NCBI GenBank assembly: GCA_018715165.1
Contig: DVMC01000066.1
Location: 15,050 to 79,049 of the forward strand
Reading direction: 5' to 3'
Source of the DNA: Candidatus Limiplasma pullistercoris
GTDB lineage: Bacteria > Bacillota > Clostridia > Christensenellales > Aristaeellaceae
DNA length: 64,000 bases
This document shows, in pieces, positions 27,401 through 34,658 of the stretch (the stretch's first letter is position 1; every line of letters begins with the position of its first letter). Under the pieces are notes generated by a model. The model did no database searches and was not told the origin of the DNA. It was given only the letters and a program-made list of their open reading frames with translations. The translations under genes were made by a program, and so were the position numbers.

Positions 27401-29269
27401 ACGCTTATGCACACCTGCATCTTCAGCCCCGGCGCCCAGCCGTCGGCCTCCCAGCTAACGGCGCTCAGCCGCGTGGAGGGCGGCGTGCTGGCGGAGAATC
27501 CCTGTGCGGAAGGCGTCGCGGGCCTGTTTGGCATAGACCCGCTTCCCACCATGAGCACCACCATGAGTTCGGGCGTGTTTCAGGGGCTCTGGGGCGTGGC
27601 GCCCGCCGCGCTGTGCGGCGGCGAAAACCTGCCCAGCGACTTTGGCGACACGGCCATCCTGTGCTATGAGGTGCGTCTCAAGCCCGGAGAAACGCGCACC
27701 GTCACAACGGCGCTGGCCCATGCGGCCGGTGCGGAATCGCTGCTTAACGCGCTGGAGGGCTTTCGGCGCGACGGCGCCACCTTGCGCCTGCATGCCGTGC
27801 GCCAGCAGTGGGAGGAGAATCTCAACCTTCTACGCTTCGACCTGCCCGACCCTGCCATGGCCCTGATGCTGGGCAGGTGGCTGCCCTATCAGGTGCAGGC
27901 TTCCCGTCTGTGGATGCGCGCAGCGTTCTATCAGGCGGGCGGCGCGCTGGGTTTCCGCGATCAGTTGCAGGATATGCTGTCCCTGCTGCATACCCGGTCG
28001 GAGGCGGCGCGCGCGCACCTTTTGGAATCCGCCGCGCATCAGTTTGAGGAAGGCGACGTACAGCACTGGTGGCATCCGCCCCGGTATGGCGTTCGAACCC
28101 GCATCAGCGACGACAAGCTGTTTTTGCCCTATGTAACCGCTCTGTACGTGCAGACCAGCGGCGACGCCTCCGTGCTGGGCGAAGAGGTCCCCTACCTGCA
28201 TGGCGACCCGCTTTCCGAGGAGGAAACCGAGCGCCTGTTCACCCCGGAGGTGTCCGAAATCTCCGAGCCGCTCCGGCTGCACTGCCTGCGCGCCATCGAC
28301 CACGTGGCATGCGGTGCGCACGGTCTGCCCCTCATGGGCGGCGGCGACTGGAATGACGGCATGAACCGCGTCGGCGGCGAAAACGGCGAAAGCGTGTGGC
28401 TAGGCATGTTCCTGTGCGAGGTGCTGCGCCTGTTCGCGCCTCTGTGCGAGCCGCCGGAAGCCCGGCGTCTGCTGGACCGCCGGAGCGCCCTGCTCACCGC
28501 GCTGGACCGCTATGCCTGGGATGGCGGATGGTACCTGCGCGCCTGGTACGACGACGGGAGCCGTCTGGGCAGCTCCGCCAACGAGGAATGCCGCATCGAC
28601 CTGCTGCCGCAGGCCTGGGGCGTGTTGTGCGGGGTATCGCGCGACCGCTGCGCCCTGGCCATGGACAATGCCTGGCGCATGCTCTACGAGCCGGACGTGG
28701 GCCTGATGAAGCTCTTTACCCCGCCCTTCCAGGGCCAGGAACAGCCCGGCTATATCGCGGCGTACCTGCCCGGCGTCAGGGAAAACGGCGGGCAGTATAC
28801 CCACGCCGCCTGCTGGGCTGTGGCTGCGCTGCATCAGCTGGGACAGGACGACCGCGCCTGGGAGCTGGCCTCGGCCCTGCTGCCCGTCCGCCATGCCGCC
28901 ACGCGCCAGCTGGCCCTGCGCTACCGCGTGGAGCCCTACGCGCTGGCCGCGGACGTTTATGCCAATCCCCAGCAGCGCGGGCGCGGCGGGTGGACCTGGT
29001 ACACCGGCAGCGCCAGCTGGCTTCAGTACGTGGTGCTGACGCAGCTTCTGGGCTTTCAAAAGACGGGCAACGTGCTGCGCTTCCGGCCTGTGGCCCCTGC
29101 CGGCTGGGATGACCTGCGCGTGACCTACCGCTTCGGCACGGCCACCTACCACCTGCATGCCTCGCGCGACTGTCCCTTCCCCACTGCGGACGGCGAGCAG
29201 CTGCGCGACGGCCGGCTGATTCTCACCGACGACGGGCGCATCCACGAGGCCATCTTCCCCCTGCGCTGA
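21464..29269 (+). CDS. Cyclic beta-1,2-glucan synthase-like giant multidomain protein (membrane GT84-type glycosyltransferase, alpha/alpha-barrel middle domain, GH94 phosphorylase-like C-terminus)
   Basis: GGAGG lies 8 nt before the ATG at 21464; the ORF is open from 21272. Glycosyltransferase motifs: LDSDTILPPGSA, LSHDLLEG, RWTRGDWQ. The middle domain has HRTSPTNIGLYL and SSVDSGNLAA. GH94-like motifs are GGGDWNDGMN and RENGGQYTHAACW. There are multiple transmembrane segments. 2601 aa with no frame interruption. Confidence 0.8.
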   Translation: MHWIISAAGLAILFFLAWGTHRPAPRAYRDATLDDALPAHLKALAAETEGRGRARIRMPRGLLGSLERSVRFLNALPSQDLLPAARWLCDNGRFLQEEIAALRLALEGTPRLPRCSSGVPRVCLFARELIGHSAAAFDRDRLERAVAAWQSVAPFTVQETDCLPLALRLALLELLCASADQCMREQRARLSAVRMERLLRHGRERQAMRLFKRNEHESAFLEQLLSQVRTGEEAGRTLWLDRYFTRRGLSADGLAESEHSHQTESCLWVGNAVTSLRAVARTPWQRVLESVSAVHEALSTDRVYLGMDQESRAYYRGQVSLIAVRTGRPELSVCAGALSLAQGAGEGVRGHVGYYLLDDGLRQLLGYLQARRASGLVAPRARALLRLGSWAAFVALIAAAWALRLPWPVWPLFAGVFLYAAQQAATVVLLRRLRPRMVPRMQVERLDASTQTLVVCPTMLMDAGHAISMVKHLSVLHQANPDSHLHFLLLGDFQDSLTGTLSGDGDIVAAASAAVRALCEDTGHPFFYLQRERVFSARDHLYMSRERKRGSLETLLKLIDGRPVEDSFAYASLPLESLKGQYRYVITLDSDTILPPGSALRLVGSMLHPLQKRQKLQGRMRGVSVLQPRMEIAAHTVGSRLSLLLGGRGGADPYNALTADLAQDLYRRGTFMGKGIIDPAPFLDATERAVLPGCVLSHDLLEGELAGCAMASDITLYDGHPKTLKGFLYRLHRWTRGDWQLLAYVLPLFPRQWRPPSRALDAAGRRKIWHNLLRSLVAPMRVLLIAYAAFAGRTWLLLGALLLPELPYALPAGLRGLPALLARLAVLPCEAGMQADAIARTLYRLWFSRRSLLAWTTAAQLSRPSDKPPMLFFYLSMVTGAAVAGLSLLPGGTPAGLATGALWVAFPFALPWLEQPVTRPPRPTGYMREVLTRVAKGTLTFFETAMTDADHGLPPDNVQIEPNKGVSHRTSPTNIGLYLCALAAAERLRLLAPDEMARRMEDTLATLEALPKWQGHLYNWYDTRTLEPLEPPFISSVDSGNLAACLLTCAQGVRVLLPQLSACYHSLAARMDALAEGMRFTALFDAEAELFRIGVHPLEESPSTGHYDLLASESRLLSFVAIMLGQAPVRHWWRLGRLYTRVRGAGQTLISYNGTMFEYLMPLLFQPTVPLTLLDGVCRAAVKAQARCRRGGVFGVSESGYYAFDPNLYYLYKAFGLPRLSLDPDQRSDVIAPYATFLAMQTDLKSAFQNLLRLMSLGMEGPLGMFEAADFSPARTDGQPMRIVRSHMAHHQGMILLAVCNVLEEGYISGLFSSLPRAQAYRLLLEERPFRARGLIRRPLRRTARETPLSAAPARRAAEPMRFPIDAHLLHGAGTTWMIDAQGGGFLSRNGVMLTRFSECCRLPSGMRFYLRDSQSGAYWNVTDPGLTQSVSFETAQAVFAHERFQVESELRLFVNPLDGVALACLTLKNHSGMERMMEVCSYLEPALASQRDDAAHPAFQNLFLRTGRLGKYGVAAMRRSRGPSEESRRLWHLMATDASLTMLRVQTDRAAFLGRGRTIYAPRALEMPISAVADTLGDVIEPCLSLRGQFVLPPGGRLQFVFATSLPGESEAPGAFLERYGQVDGALRAYAPALTRGLVTARYLGLAPGMLGGVSRLVGALCYTGQPAQLRYAAENALPLRALWSMGIGGDLPILLLECREGKDLSLVQLLLKAHAWYRMHGLWVDLVLAVTQPSGYGHPLRERLSALAQACHSHELIGKESGVHLFDNLTADQLGLLRAAARVVLSTDGGSLEEQLRALEMSVRARPLYTCRPSAEWKPALPEADATLFDNGYGGFTRDGGDYRITLPAGRQTPAPWCNPLCSDRFGTLAGESGLVFTYAHNSHSGRLTRWPNDSVTPRGEENFFLRDDAHRLLWSLTRQPMGHNMPVRVTHAPGETVYESSCYGVYCRMSCFTDGEAAIGARVIQLRNEDRVERVMTLMHTCIFSPGAQPSASQLTALSRVEGGVLAENPCAEGVAGLFGIDPLPTMSTTMSSGVFQGLWGVAPAALCGGENLPSDFGDTAILCYEVRLKPGETRTVTTALAHAAGAESLLNALEGFRRDGATLRLHAVRQQWEENLNLLRFDLPDPAMALMLGRWLPYQVQASRLWMRAAFYQAGGALGFRDQLQDMLSLLHTRSEAARAHLLESAAHQFEEGDVQHWWHPPRYGVRTRISDDKLFLPYVTALYVQTSGDASVLGEEVPYLHGDPLSEEETERLFTPEVSEISEPLRLHCLRAIDHVACGAHGLPLMGGGDWNDGMNRVGGENGESVWLGMFLCEVLRLFAPLCEPPEARRLLDRRSALLTALDRYAWDGGWYLRAWYDDGSRLGSSANEECRIDLLPQAWGVLCGVSRDRCALAMDNAWRMLYEPDVGLMKLFTPPFQGQEQPGYIAAYLPGVRENGGQYTHAACWAVAALHQLGQDDRAWELASALLPVRHAATRQLALRYRVEPYALAADVYANPQQRGRGGWTWYTGSASWLQYVVLTQLLGFQKTGNVLRFRPVAPAGWDDLRVTYRFGTATYHLHASRDCPFPTADGEQLRDGRLILTDDGRIHEAIFPLR

Positions 29270-29353
29270 CCGGCCGGCAGAGGCGTGGCGGCATCGCCAC
29301 GGCAAACGCCGTTCGCTTTTGTCCCCTTGCCGGCGCGTTTTGGACGCAGCAAC

Positions 29354-29403
29354 AAGCCGGACGCTTCCCATGCCCCGCAGGGGGACCGGGAAGCGTCCGG
29401 CTT
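29354..29403. terminator. Long perfect hairpin between convergent genes (glucan synthase and glmS)
   Basis: aagccggacgcttccc ... gggaagcgtccggctt forms a 16-bp stem. No strong U-tract on either strand. Confidence 0.5.
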
Positions 29404-29422
29404 GCATGCGGCAAAGTCGCCT

Positions 29423-31246
29423 TTATTCCACTGTGACGCTCTTGGCCAGGTTGCGCGGCTTATCCACGTCGCAGCCGCGCGCCACCGCCATGCAATAGGC
29501 GAACAGCTGGAGCGGGATCACCGCCAGCAGGGGCGCGAGCAGATCGTACGCATCCGGAACGGTAATTACCTCGTCCACCTGCCCGCATACCTTCGCGGCG
29601 AGGCTTTCGCGGCACACGGCCACGACCTGCGCGCCGCGCGCGGCCACCTCGCGCAGGTTGCTCATGGTCTTTTCCAAAAGAGCGGGCTGGGTGATGGCGG
29701 CCACCACCAGCCTTCCTTCCTTGAGCAGGGCGATGGGACCGTGCTTGAGCTCGCCCGCGGCGTAGGCCTCGCTGAAGATGTAGCTGACCTCCTTGAGCTT
29801 GAGCGCCGCTTCCATGCACAGGGCGTAATCCAGCCCGCGCCCCACGAAAAACACATGCCGCTTTTGGCTGAGCATGCTGGTGAGGCGCTGGAGCTGCTCC
29901 TCCACGCCAAGCGCCTGCTCGGCCTTGCGGGGCAAGGCGGAAAGCTCCTCCCTGAGCTGCGTTGCGCGCTCCGGGCTGATCTGCCCGCGCAGGTCCGCCA
30001 ACGCCACGGCCAGCATCACCATCAGTTCGGCCTGGGTGATGTACGCCTTGGTGCTGGCCACGGCAATCTCCGGGCCCGCATAGGTGTAGAGGGTGTTTTC
30101 CTCCCCCACCTCGCGCGTGATGGTCGAGCCCACCACGTTGCACACCGCCATCACCCGCGCGCCCCGGCGCTTGGCCTCGCGCAGGGCGGCCAGGGTATCG
30201 GCAGTTTCTCCGCTCTGCGATACGGCGATGAACAGCTCGTTTTCCCCCACGATGGGGTCGCGATAGCGGTATTCGCTGGCGATCTCGGCCTCCACGGGCA
30301 CGCGCGCCAGCCGCTCGATGGCATACTTGCCCACCATGCCCGCGTGATACGCCGTGCCGCACGCAACGATGCTGATCTTGCGAAGCGCGCGCGCCTCCTC
30401 GCGCGTGATGGGCAGCCAGTCATATCCGGCCGCCCTGGGGGTGAAGGTGCTTTGCAGGGCCGTGGGCTGCTCATGAATCTCCTTGAGCATGTAGTGGGCA
30501 TATCCGCCCTTTTCGGCGCTGGAAAGGTCCCAGTCCACATGGAACACCGCATGCTGACGGGTCTTGCCGTAGGCGTCGTACACGCTCACGCCGCGGCGGT
30601 CCAGCACGCCGATCTCCCGGTCCTGCAGGAAAATCACGTCGCGCGTATGGCTGAGCAGCGCCGGAATATCCGACGCAATGAAGCCCTCCCCGTCCCTGGC
30701 GCCAATGACCAGCGGGCTGTCGTTGCGCGCGCAGTAGAGCACGTCCGGCTCCTGGTCGCAGATCACGCCCAGGGCGTAGCTGCCCTCCAGCATGCCCATG
30801 GCGCGGATGAGCGCGCGGCGCATATCGCCCTCGTAAAGGTGATTGAGCAGATGGGCGATCACCTCGGTGTCCGTCTGGCTGACGAAGCGCGCGCCGGTGC
30901 TCTCCAGGTACCGGCGCAGGGATTCATGGTTTTCGATGATGCCGTTGTGCACCACCGCGATGCCGCCCTTGACGTCCGTATGGGGATGGGCGTTGAGGTC
31001 GCTGGGTTCGCCGTGCGTGGCCCAGCGCGTGTGGCCGATGCCGATCACGCCCTCCACCGGGCTTTGGTCAAGCAGGTTTTTGAGGTTTTCCAGCCTGCCC
31101 TTGGCCTTGCGCACGTTGATGCGCCCCTCCGGCCCGATCACCGCCACGCCTGCGCTGTCGTAGCCCCGATAGGAAAGCCTCTCCAGTCCCTCAACAAGAA
31201 CGGGAGAGGCCTGCTTGCTTCCGATATAGCCGACGATTCCGCACAT
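29423..31246 (-). CDS. glmS: Glutamine--fructose-6-phosphate aminotransferase
   Basis: MCGIVGYIG N-terminus, two SIS domains and the C-terminal KPRNLAKSVTVE. Confidence 0.97.
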   Translation of the reverse strand: MCGIVGYIGSKQASPVLVEGLERLSYRGYDSAGVAVIGPEGRINVRKAKGRLENLKNLLDQSPVEGVIGIGHTRWATHGEPSDLNAHPHTDVKGGIAVVHNGIIENHESLRRYLESTGARFVSQTDTEVIAHLLNHLYEGDMRRALIRAMGMLEGSYALGVICDQEPDVLYCARNDSPLVIGARDGEGFIASDIPALLSHTRDVIFLQDREIGVLDRRGVSVYDAYGKTRQHAVFHVDWDLSSAEKGGYAHYMLKEIHEQPTALQSTFTPRAAGYDWLPITREEARALRKISIVACGTAYHAGMVGKYAIERLARVPVEAEIASEYRYRDPIVGENELFIAVSQSGETADTLAALREAKRRGARVMAVCNVVGSTITREVGEENTLYTYAGPEIAVASTKAYITQAELMVMLAVALADLRGQISPERATQLREELSALPRKAEQALGVEEQLQRLTSMLSQKRHVFFVGRGLDYALCMEAALKLKEVSYIFSEAYAAGELKHGPIALLKEGRLVVAAITQPALLEKTMSNLREVAARGAQVVAVCRESLAAKVCGQVDEVITVPDAYDLLAPLLAVIPLQLFAYCMAVARGCDVDKPRNLAKSVTVE

Positions 31247-31291
31247 GCCTGATGCCTCCGTCTTAAATGTTATGAAACGTATTGAAATGTA

Positions 31292-32014
31292 TCACATTGT
31301 ATCTTCATTGTCAACCCCCAAAAATACGGCGATTGGGTCCACCGGCCGGCCGTCCTTCCAGATTTCCAGGTGCAGGTGCGGCTCCGCGTCGCTTTCGGCC
31401 AGCACGCCGTTGCCCGCATGGCCGATGGTCTGGCCCTGCGCCACGGGGTCGCCCGCGCGCACGTAGTCCGCGCTGCTCAACCCCGCGTACACGCTCTGGT
31501 AGCCGTCCTCATGGGTGATGCGCACGCACAGACCCAGCTGGTTATCCTCCCACACGGCATCCACGACGCCCGCGCCGCAGGCCTTGACCACCTCGCCGTA
31601 TGCCACGAGCAGGTCGATGCCGGGATGAACCTGCCAGACGTCGGTTTTGGAAAAGTACTGCGGCTCCGTCACGGAGAAGCCGCGGTCGGTAAAGCCGCTC
31701 ACCGGCTGGGAAAAGCGCAAAGGCGCCTGCGTGGGTACGGCCAACTGGCTCGCGCCGCGGCTTTCCACCAGGGCCTTGGCGTCGCTCAAGGTCTGCGCCC
31801 CCTGCGAACCGCCCGCGGCCAGCGCCTCCTCGCCCGTATCCGCCGCGGCGGGCGGCTCCTCCCATTGATCGCGCAGCTGAAAGGTGTAGAGCGCGCTGAG
31901 CAGGATCACCAGCACGCACACCGCCAGCACGATGTAGAAGCCCTGCTTCTCCATCAGGCGGTCGTAGCGGGCATAGACCCGACGCAGCCCCTCCAGAAAG
32001 CGATTGTTCTGCAT
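31292..32014 (-). CDS. Membrane-anchored M23/LytM peptidase, SpoIIQ-like by position
   Basis: N-terminal transmembrane segment (FYIVLAVCVLVILLSALY). Intact LytM motifs HPGIDL and HLHLE. It lies directly downstream of spoIID, as does spoIIQ in Clostridioides difficile (from memory). Confidence 0.75.
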   Translation of the reverse strand: MQNNRFLEGLRRVYARYDRLMEKQGFYIVLAVCVLVILLSALYTFQLRDQWEEPPAAADTGEEALAAGGSQGAQTLSDAKALVESRGASQLAVPTQAPLRFSQPVSGFTDRGFSVTEPQYFSKTDVWQVHPGIDLLVAYGEVVKACGAGVVDAVWEDNQLGLCVRITHEDGYQSVYAGLSSADYVRAGDPVAQGQTIGHAGNGVLAESDAEPHLHLEIWKDGRPVDPIAVFLGVDNEDTM

Positions 32015-32065
32015 ACACATCCCTCCGGGCATAGGTTGGCCCGGAGGGAGACATGCTATGCGGTT

Positions 32066-33178
32066 TCAGCGTTTTTCAACCGCAACGCCGGGATAGTAAT
32101 GGGTGAGGATGGCACGGTAATCCGCCCCGTCGGCCGCCATGCTGTTGGCCCCGGCCTGGCTCATCCCCACGCCGTGCCCATATCCCCGCTGATGGAAGGT
32201 GGCGCCGCTTCCGTCCATGGACAGCGTAAACCAGGTGCTCCGCAGCCCCAGCGCCTGCCGGAAGGCCGTGGCTTCCACCTCCCTGCCGCCCACCAGCATG
32301 GCTGCCACGCGGCCGGTATCCGTATAGCCCGCCACCGCAAGGGTGCGCTCCACCTCATCCGCAGTCAGCTCCAGCCCGAACGCCTCTCCCAGCGAAGCGG
32401 CCATTTCATCAAAGGTGAAAAACGTATCCTCCAGAAAGCCCAGCGCGCCCTCCTCCCCGGCGCTCTCCACGCTGACCAGATAGGGCAGCGCCTCTGAAAA
32501 CACCGTCTGCGCCGCCTCTGTGCGCCCGCCGCTGATGGCATGGTACATCACCGTGATGGGTTGGCCGCCGTAGGTGACCAGCTCGTCCCTGGTGGCGGCA
32601 ACCGCCTCCAGCACGCGGTCGCGGTAGGCGGTATATTCCTCGCCCCACAGTTCGCGGCACTGGGCAGGGGTGGCGTATCCCTGGCAGTGCGCGCTGTCGG
32701 TGCAGATGTCCGCACCCGCGTGGAGCGCGCATCCGCCGTTCTCCACCTGCCATATCGCGCGTGTGCGCGCGGCCACCGCCTGCGCCTTGAGCGCCTCCAG
32801 ATGATAGGCGGCGGGCATCTCTGCCGCCACCACGCCGCAAACGTAGCTTTCCAGCTCCATCTCCGCCACGCGCCCCTCATCGGCCAGATAGACCGAGATC
32901 ATCTGCCGCTCCTCGCCATTCATCAGCCGGTCCAGCGCCTGGCCTTCCTCCCCCATGGCCTCCTCGCGGATGGTCTGGGCCTGCGCCTCCTGCGCGCCCG
33001 GCAGCCACAGCCGCAAAATGCGCACGAGCCGCGTGGGCAGCAGCACCCGCGCCTGCCACAGAGGGGTCTGGATGTCCTCCAGCTGCGGCCCCGTCAGGGG
33101 CGCACCCACCATTCTCCACATCAGTGCCAGCGCCAGCAGCGCGGCGGACAGCCATACCGGCGGATAGCCATGCCTCAT
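32066..33178 (-). CDS. spoIID: Stage II sporulation protein D (lytic transglycosylase)
   Basis: GGAGGG SD before the ATG at 33178; the ORF is open to 33472. SpoIID motifs: YVCGVVAAEMP, LKAQAVAARTRA, HCQGY, MYHAISGGRTE, GYGHGVGMSQAGA. Confidence 0.9.
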   Translation of the reverse strand: MRHGYPPVWLSAALLALALMWRMVGAPLTGPQLEDIQTPLWQARVLLPTRLVRILRLWLPGAQEAQAQTIREEAMGEEGQALDRLMNGEERQMISVYLADEGRVAEMELESYVCGVVAAEMPAAYHLEALKAQAVAARTRAIWQVENGGCALHAGADICTDSAHCQGYATPAQCRELWGEEYTAYRDRVLEAVAATRDELVTYGGQPITVMYHAISGGRTEAAQTVFSEALPYLVSVESAGEEGALGFLEDTFFTFDEMAASLGEAFGLELTADEVERTLAVAGYTDTGRVAAMLVGGREVEATAFRQALGLRSTWFTLSMDGSGATFHQRGYGHGVGMSQAGANSMAADGADYRAILTHYYPGVAVEKR

Positions 33179-33235
33179 ACTGCATCCCTCCGCGGCAGGA
33201 TATGCGCGTTTTTTTCCCTCCATGACCAGCAGGGA

Positions 33236-33264
33236 TTGCCATTGGTGCTTCGTTTTTATACAAT
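33236..33264 (+). promoter_or_regulatory. Sigma-A-type promoter candidate (TTGCCA-17-TACAAT) for the DD-carboxypeptidase gene
   Basis: ttgcca at 33236-33241, tacaat at 33259-33264, with a 17-nt spacer. Confidence 0.45.
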
Positions 33265-33302
33265 GGAGCCATGCCTGATAGCGGGAAGGAGTCGAACGAA
33301 AG

Positions 33303-34658
33303 ATGAAACGGTTGCTTGCGCTGCTTTTGCTCCTGACGGTAGCGTTCTGCGCCCCAGCCGCGGCGGAAACGGCGCGCCGTCCGCTCGCCTCCGGCGACAC
33401 GGGCGAAGCGGTGGCGGAATTGCAGCAGCGCCTCCAGGACCTCGGCCTGTCCACGGGCGAGGCCGACGGCATCTACGGCAAGCAGACCGCCGCCGGGGTC
33501 ACAGAGGCACAGCGCCTCCTGGCCGCCGCCGGATATGACGTAGCCCAGACCGGTGAGGCCGATGCGGATACCCTGGCGCTTTTGTTCGATCCGGAGGCGG
33601 AGGCCACGCTGCGCACCCTGCGGCTGGGCAGTCAGGGTGACCGCGTGCGTCAGCTGCAAAGCCGGCTAATTGATCTCAAGCTCCTCTCCGACGATGCGGA
33701 CGGCGTCTATGGCAACAATACCGAAGCCGCCGTGAGGCTGTTCCAGCAGCGCATGATTCAGCTGGGCCTGACCGGACTTACGCTGGACGGCGTAGCCACG
33801 CCGGGCCTGGTGGACCTGATGATGAGCGACCTGAGCGTATACGGCTTCGAGGCGCCCATCTACTTTGACGAAAGCGCTCCCCTGGCGCTGAGCGAGGACG
33901 ACCTGTATGCCAAGGCCTGCATCGTGATGGAGGCATCCACAGGAACCGTGCTGTTTTCCCACGAAGCCGATACGCAGCTCTATCCCGCCAGCACCACCAA
34001 GATCATGACCCTGCTGCTGGCTTTGGAGCGCGGCGGACTGGAGGAGGAAATCACCATTCCCGCCTGCGCGGCGGACGTGCCCAAGGACAGCTCGCTGGTG
34101 CCCGTGTATGAGGGCGAACAGATGACCATGCTGGATCTGTTGTATGGCCTGATGATCCGTTCCGGCAACGACGCGGCCAACGCTGTGGCCGAGCTGTGCG
34201 CCGGCAGCGTGGAGGCCTTTGTGGCCCGCATGAACGCCCGCGCCCATGAGCTGGGCATGACCGGCACCCACTTCGTCAACCCCCACGGCTACCACGATCC
34301 GGAGCACTACACCACTGCGCGTGACCTGGCGATCCTCACCCGGCAGGGGTTGACCGACCCCACCTTCTGCCAGATCGTCACCTGCCTGCGCTATACGCTT
34401 CCTGCGACCTCCAAGCGGGAGCCGCTGGTCATCGAAAACGCCTATGAAATTTTTAAGCCCGACTCGCCCTACTATATCGAGGGCGCGGCGGGCGTCAAGA
34501 GCGGATATACGTCAAAGGCGGGCTTCTGCTACGTAGGCGCGGCGCAGCGAAACGGTCAAACCTTGATCGCCGTCATTCTGGACGCCCCCACGCGCAACCG
34601 CGCCTGGACCGATTTGAAAAGGCTGTTTGCCTATGGCTTTGCGTTTCTGGCGTCCTAA
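33303..34658 (+). CDS. D-alanyl-D-alanine carboxypeptidase (S11) with N-terminal peptidoglycan-binding repeats
   Basis: Signal peptide. Repeated PG_binding_1-like units (GDTGEAVAELQQRLQDLGL, GDRVRQLQSRLIDLKL). Active-site motifs SxxK (ASTTKIM), SGN (RSGND) and KSG (VKSGYT). Confidence 0.85.
   Translation: MKRLLALLLLLTVAFCAPAAAETARRPLASGDTGEAVAELQQRLQDLGLSTGEADGIYGKQTAAGVTEAQRLLAAAGYDVAQTGEADADTLALLFDPEAEATLRTLRLGSQGDRVRQLQSRLIDLKLLSDDADGVYGNNTEAAVRLFQQRMIQLGLTGLTLDGVATPGLVDLMMSDLSVYGFEAPIYFDESAPLALSEDDLYAKACIVMEASTGTVLFSHEADTQLYPASTTKIMTLLLALERGGLEEEITIPACAADVPKDSSLVPVYEGEQMTMLDLLYGLMIRSGNDAANAVAELCAGSVEAFVARMNARAHELGMTGTHFVNPHGYHDPEHYTTARDLAILTRQGLTDPTFCQIVTCLRYTLPATSKREPLVIENAYEIFKPDSPYYIEGAAGVKSGYTSKAGFCYVGAAQRNGQTLIAVILDAPTRNRAWTDLKRLFAYGFAFLAS

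Noticed and set aside
29285-31252. 655-aa plus-strand ORF
   Set aside because: It is antisense to glmS.
31247-31291. Expected glmS ribozyme upstream of glmS
   Set aside because: Only 45 nt separate glmS from the upstream M23 peptidase gene. That is far too short for the ribozyme of about 170 nt, and none of its conserved core is visible.
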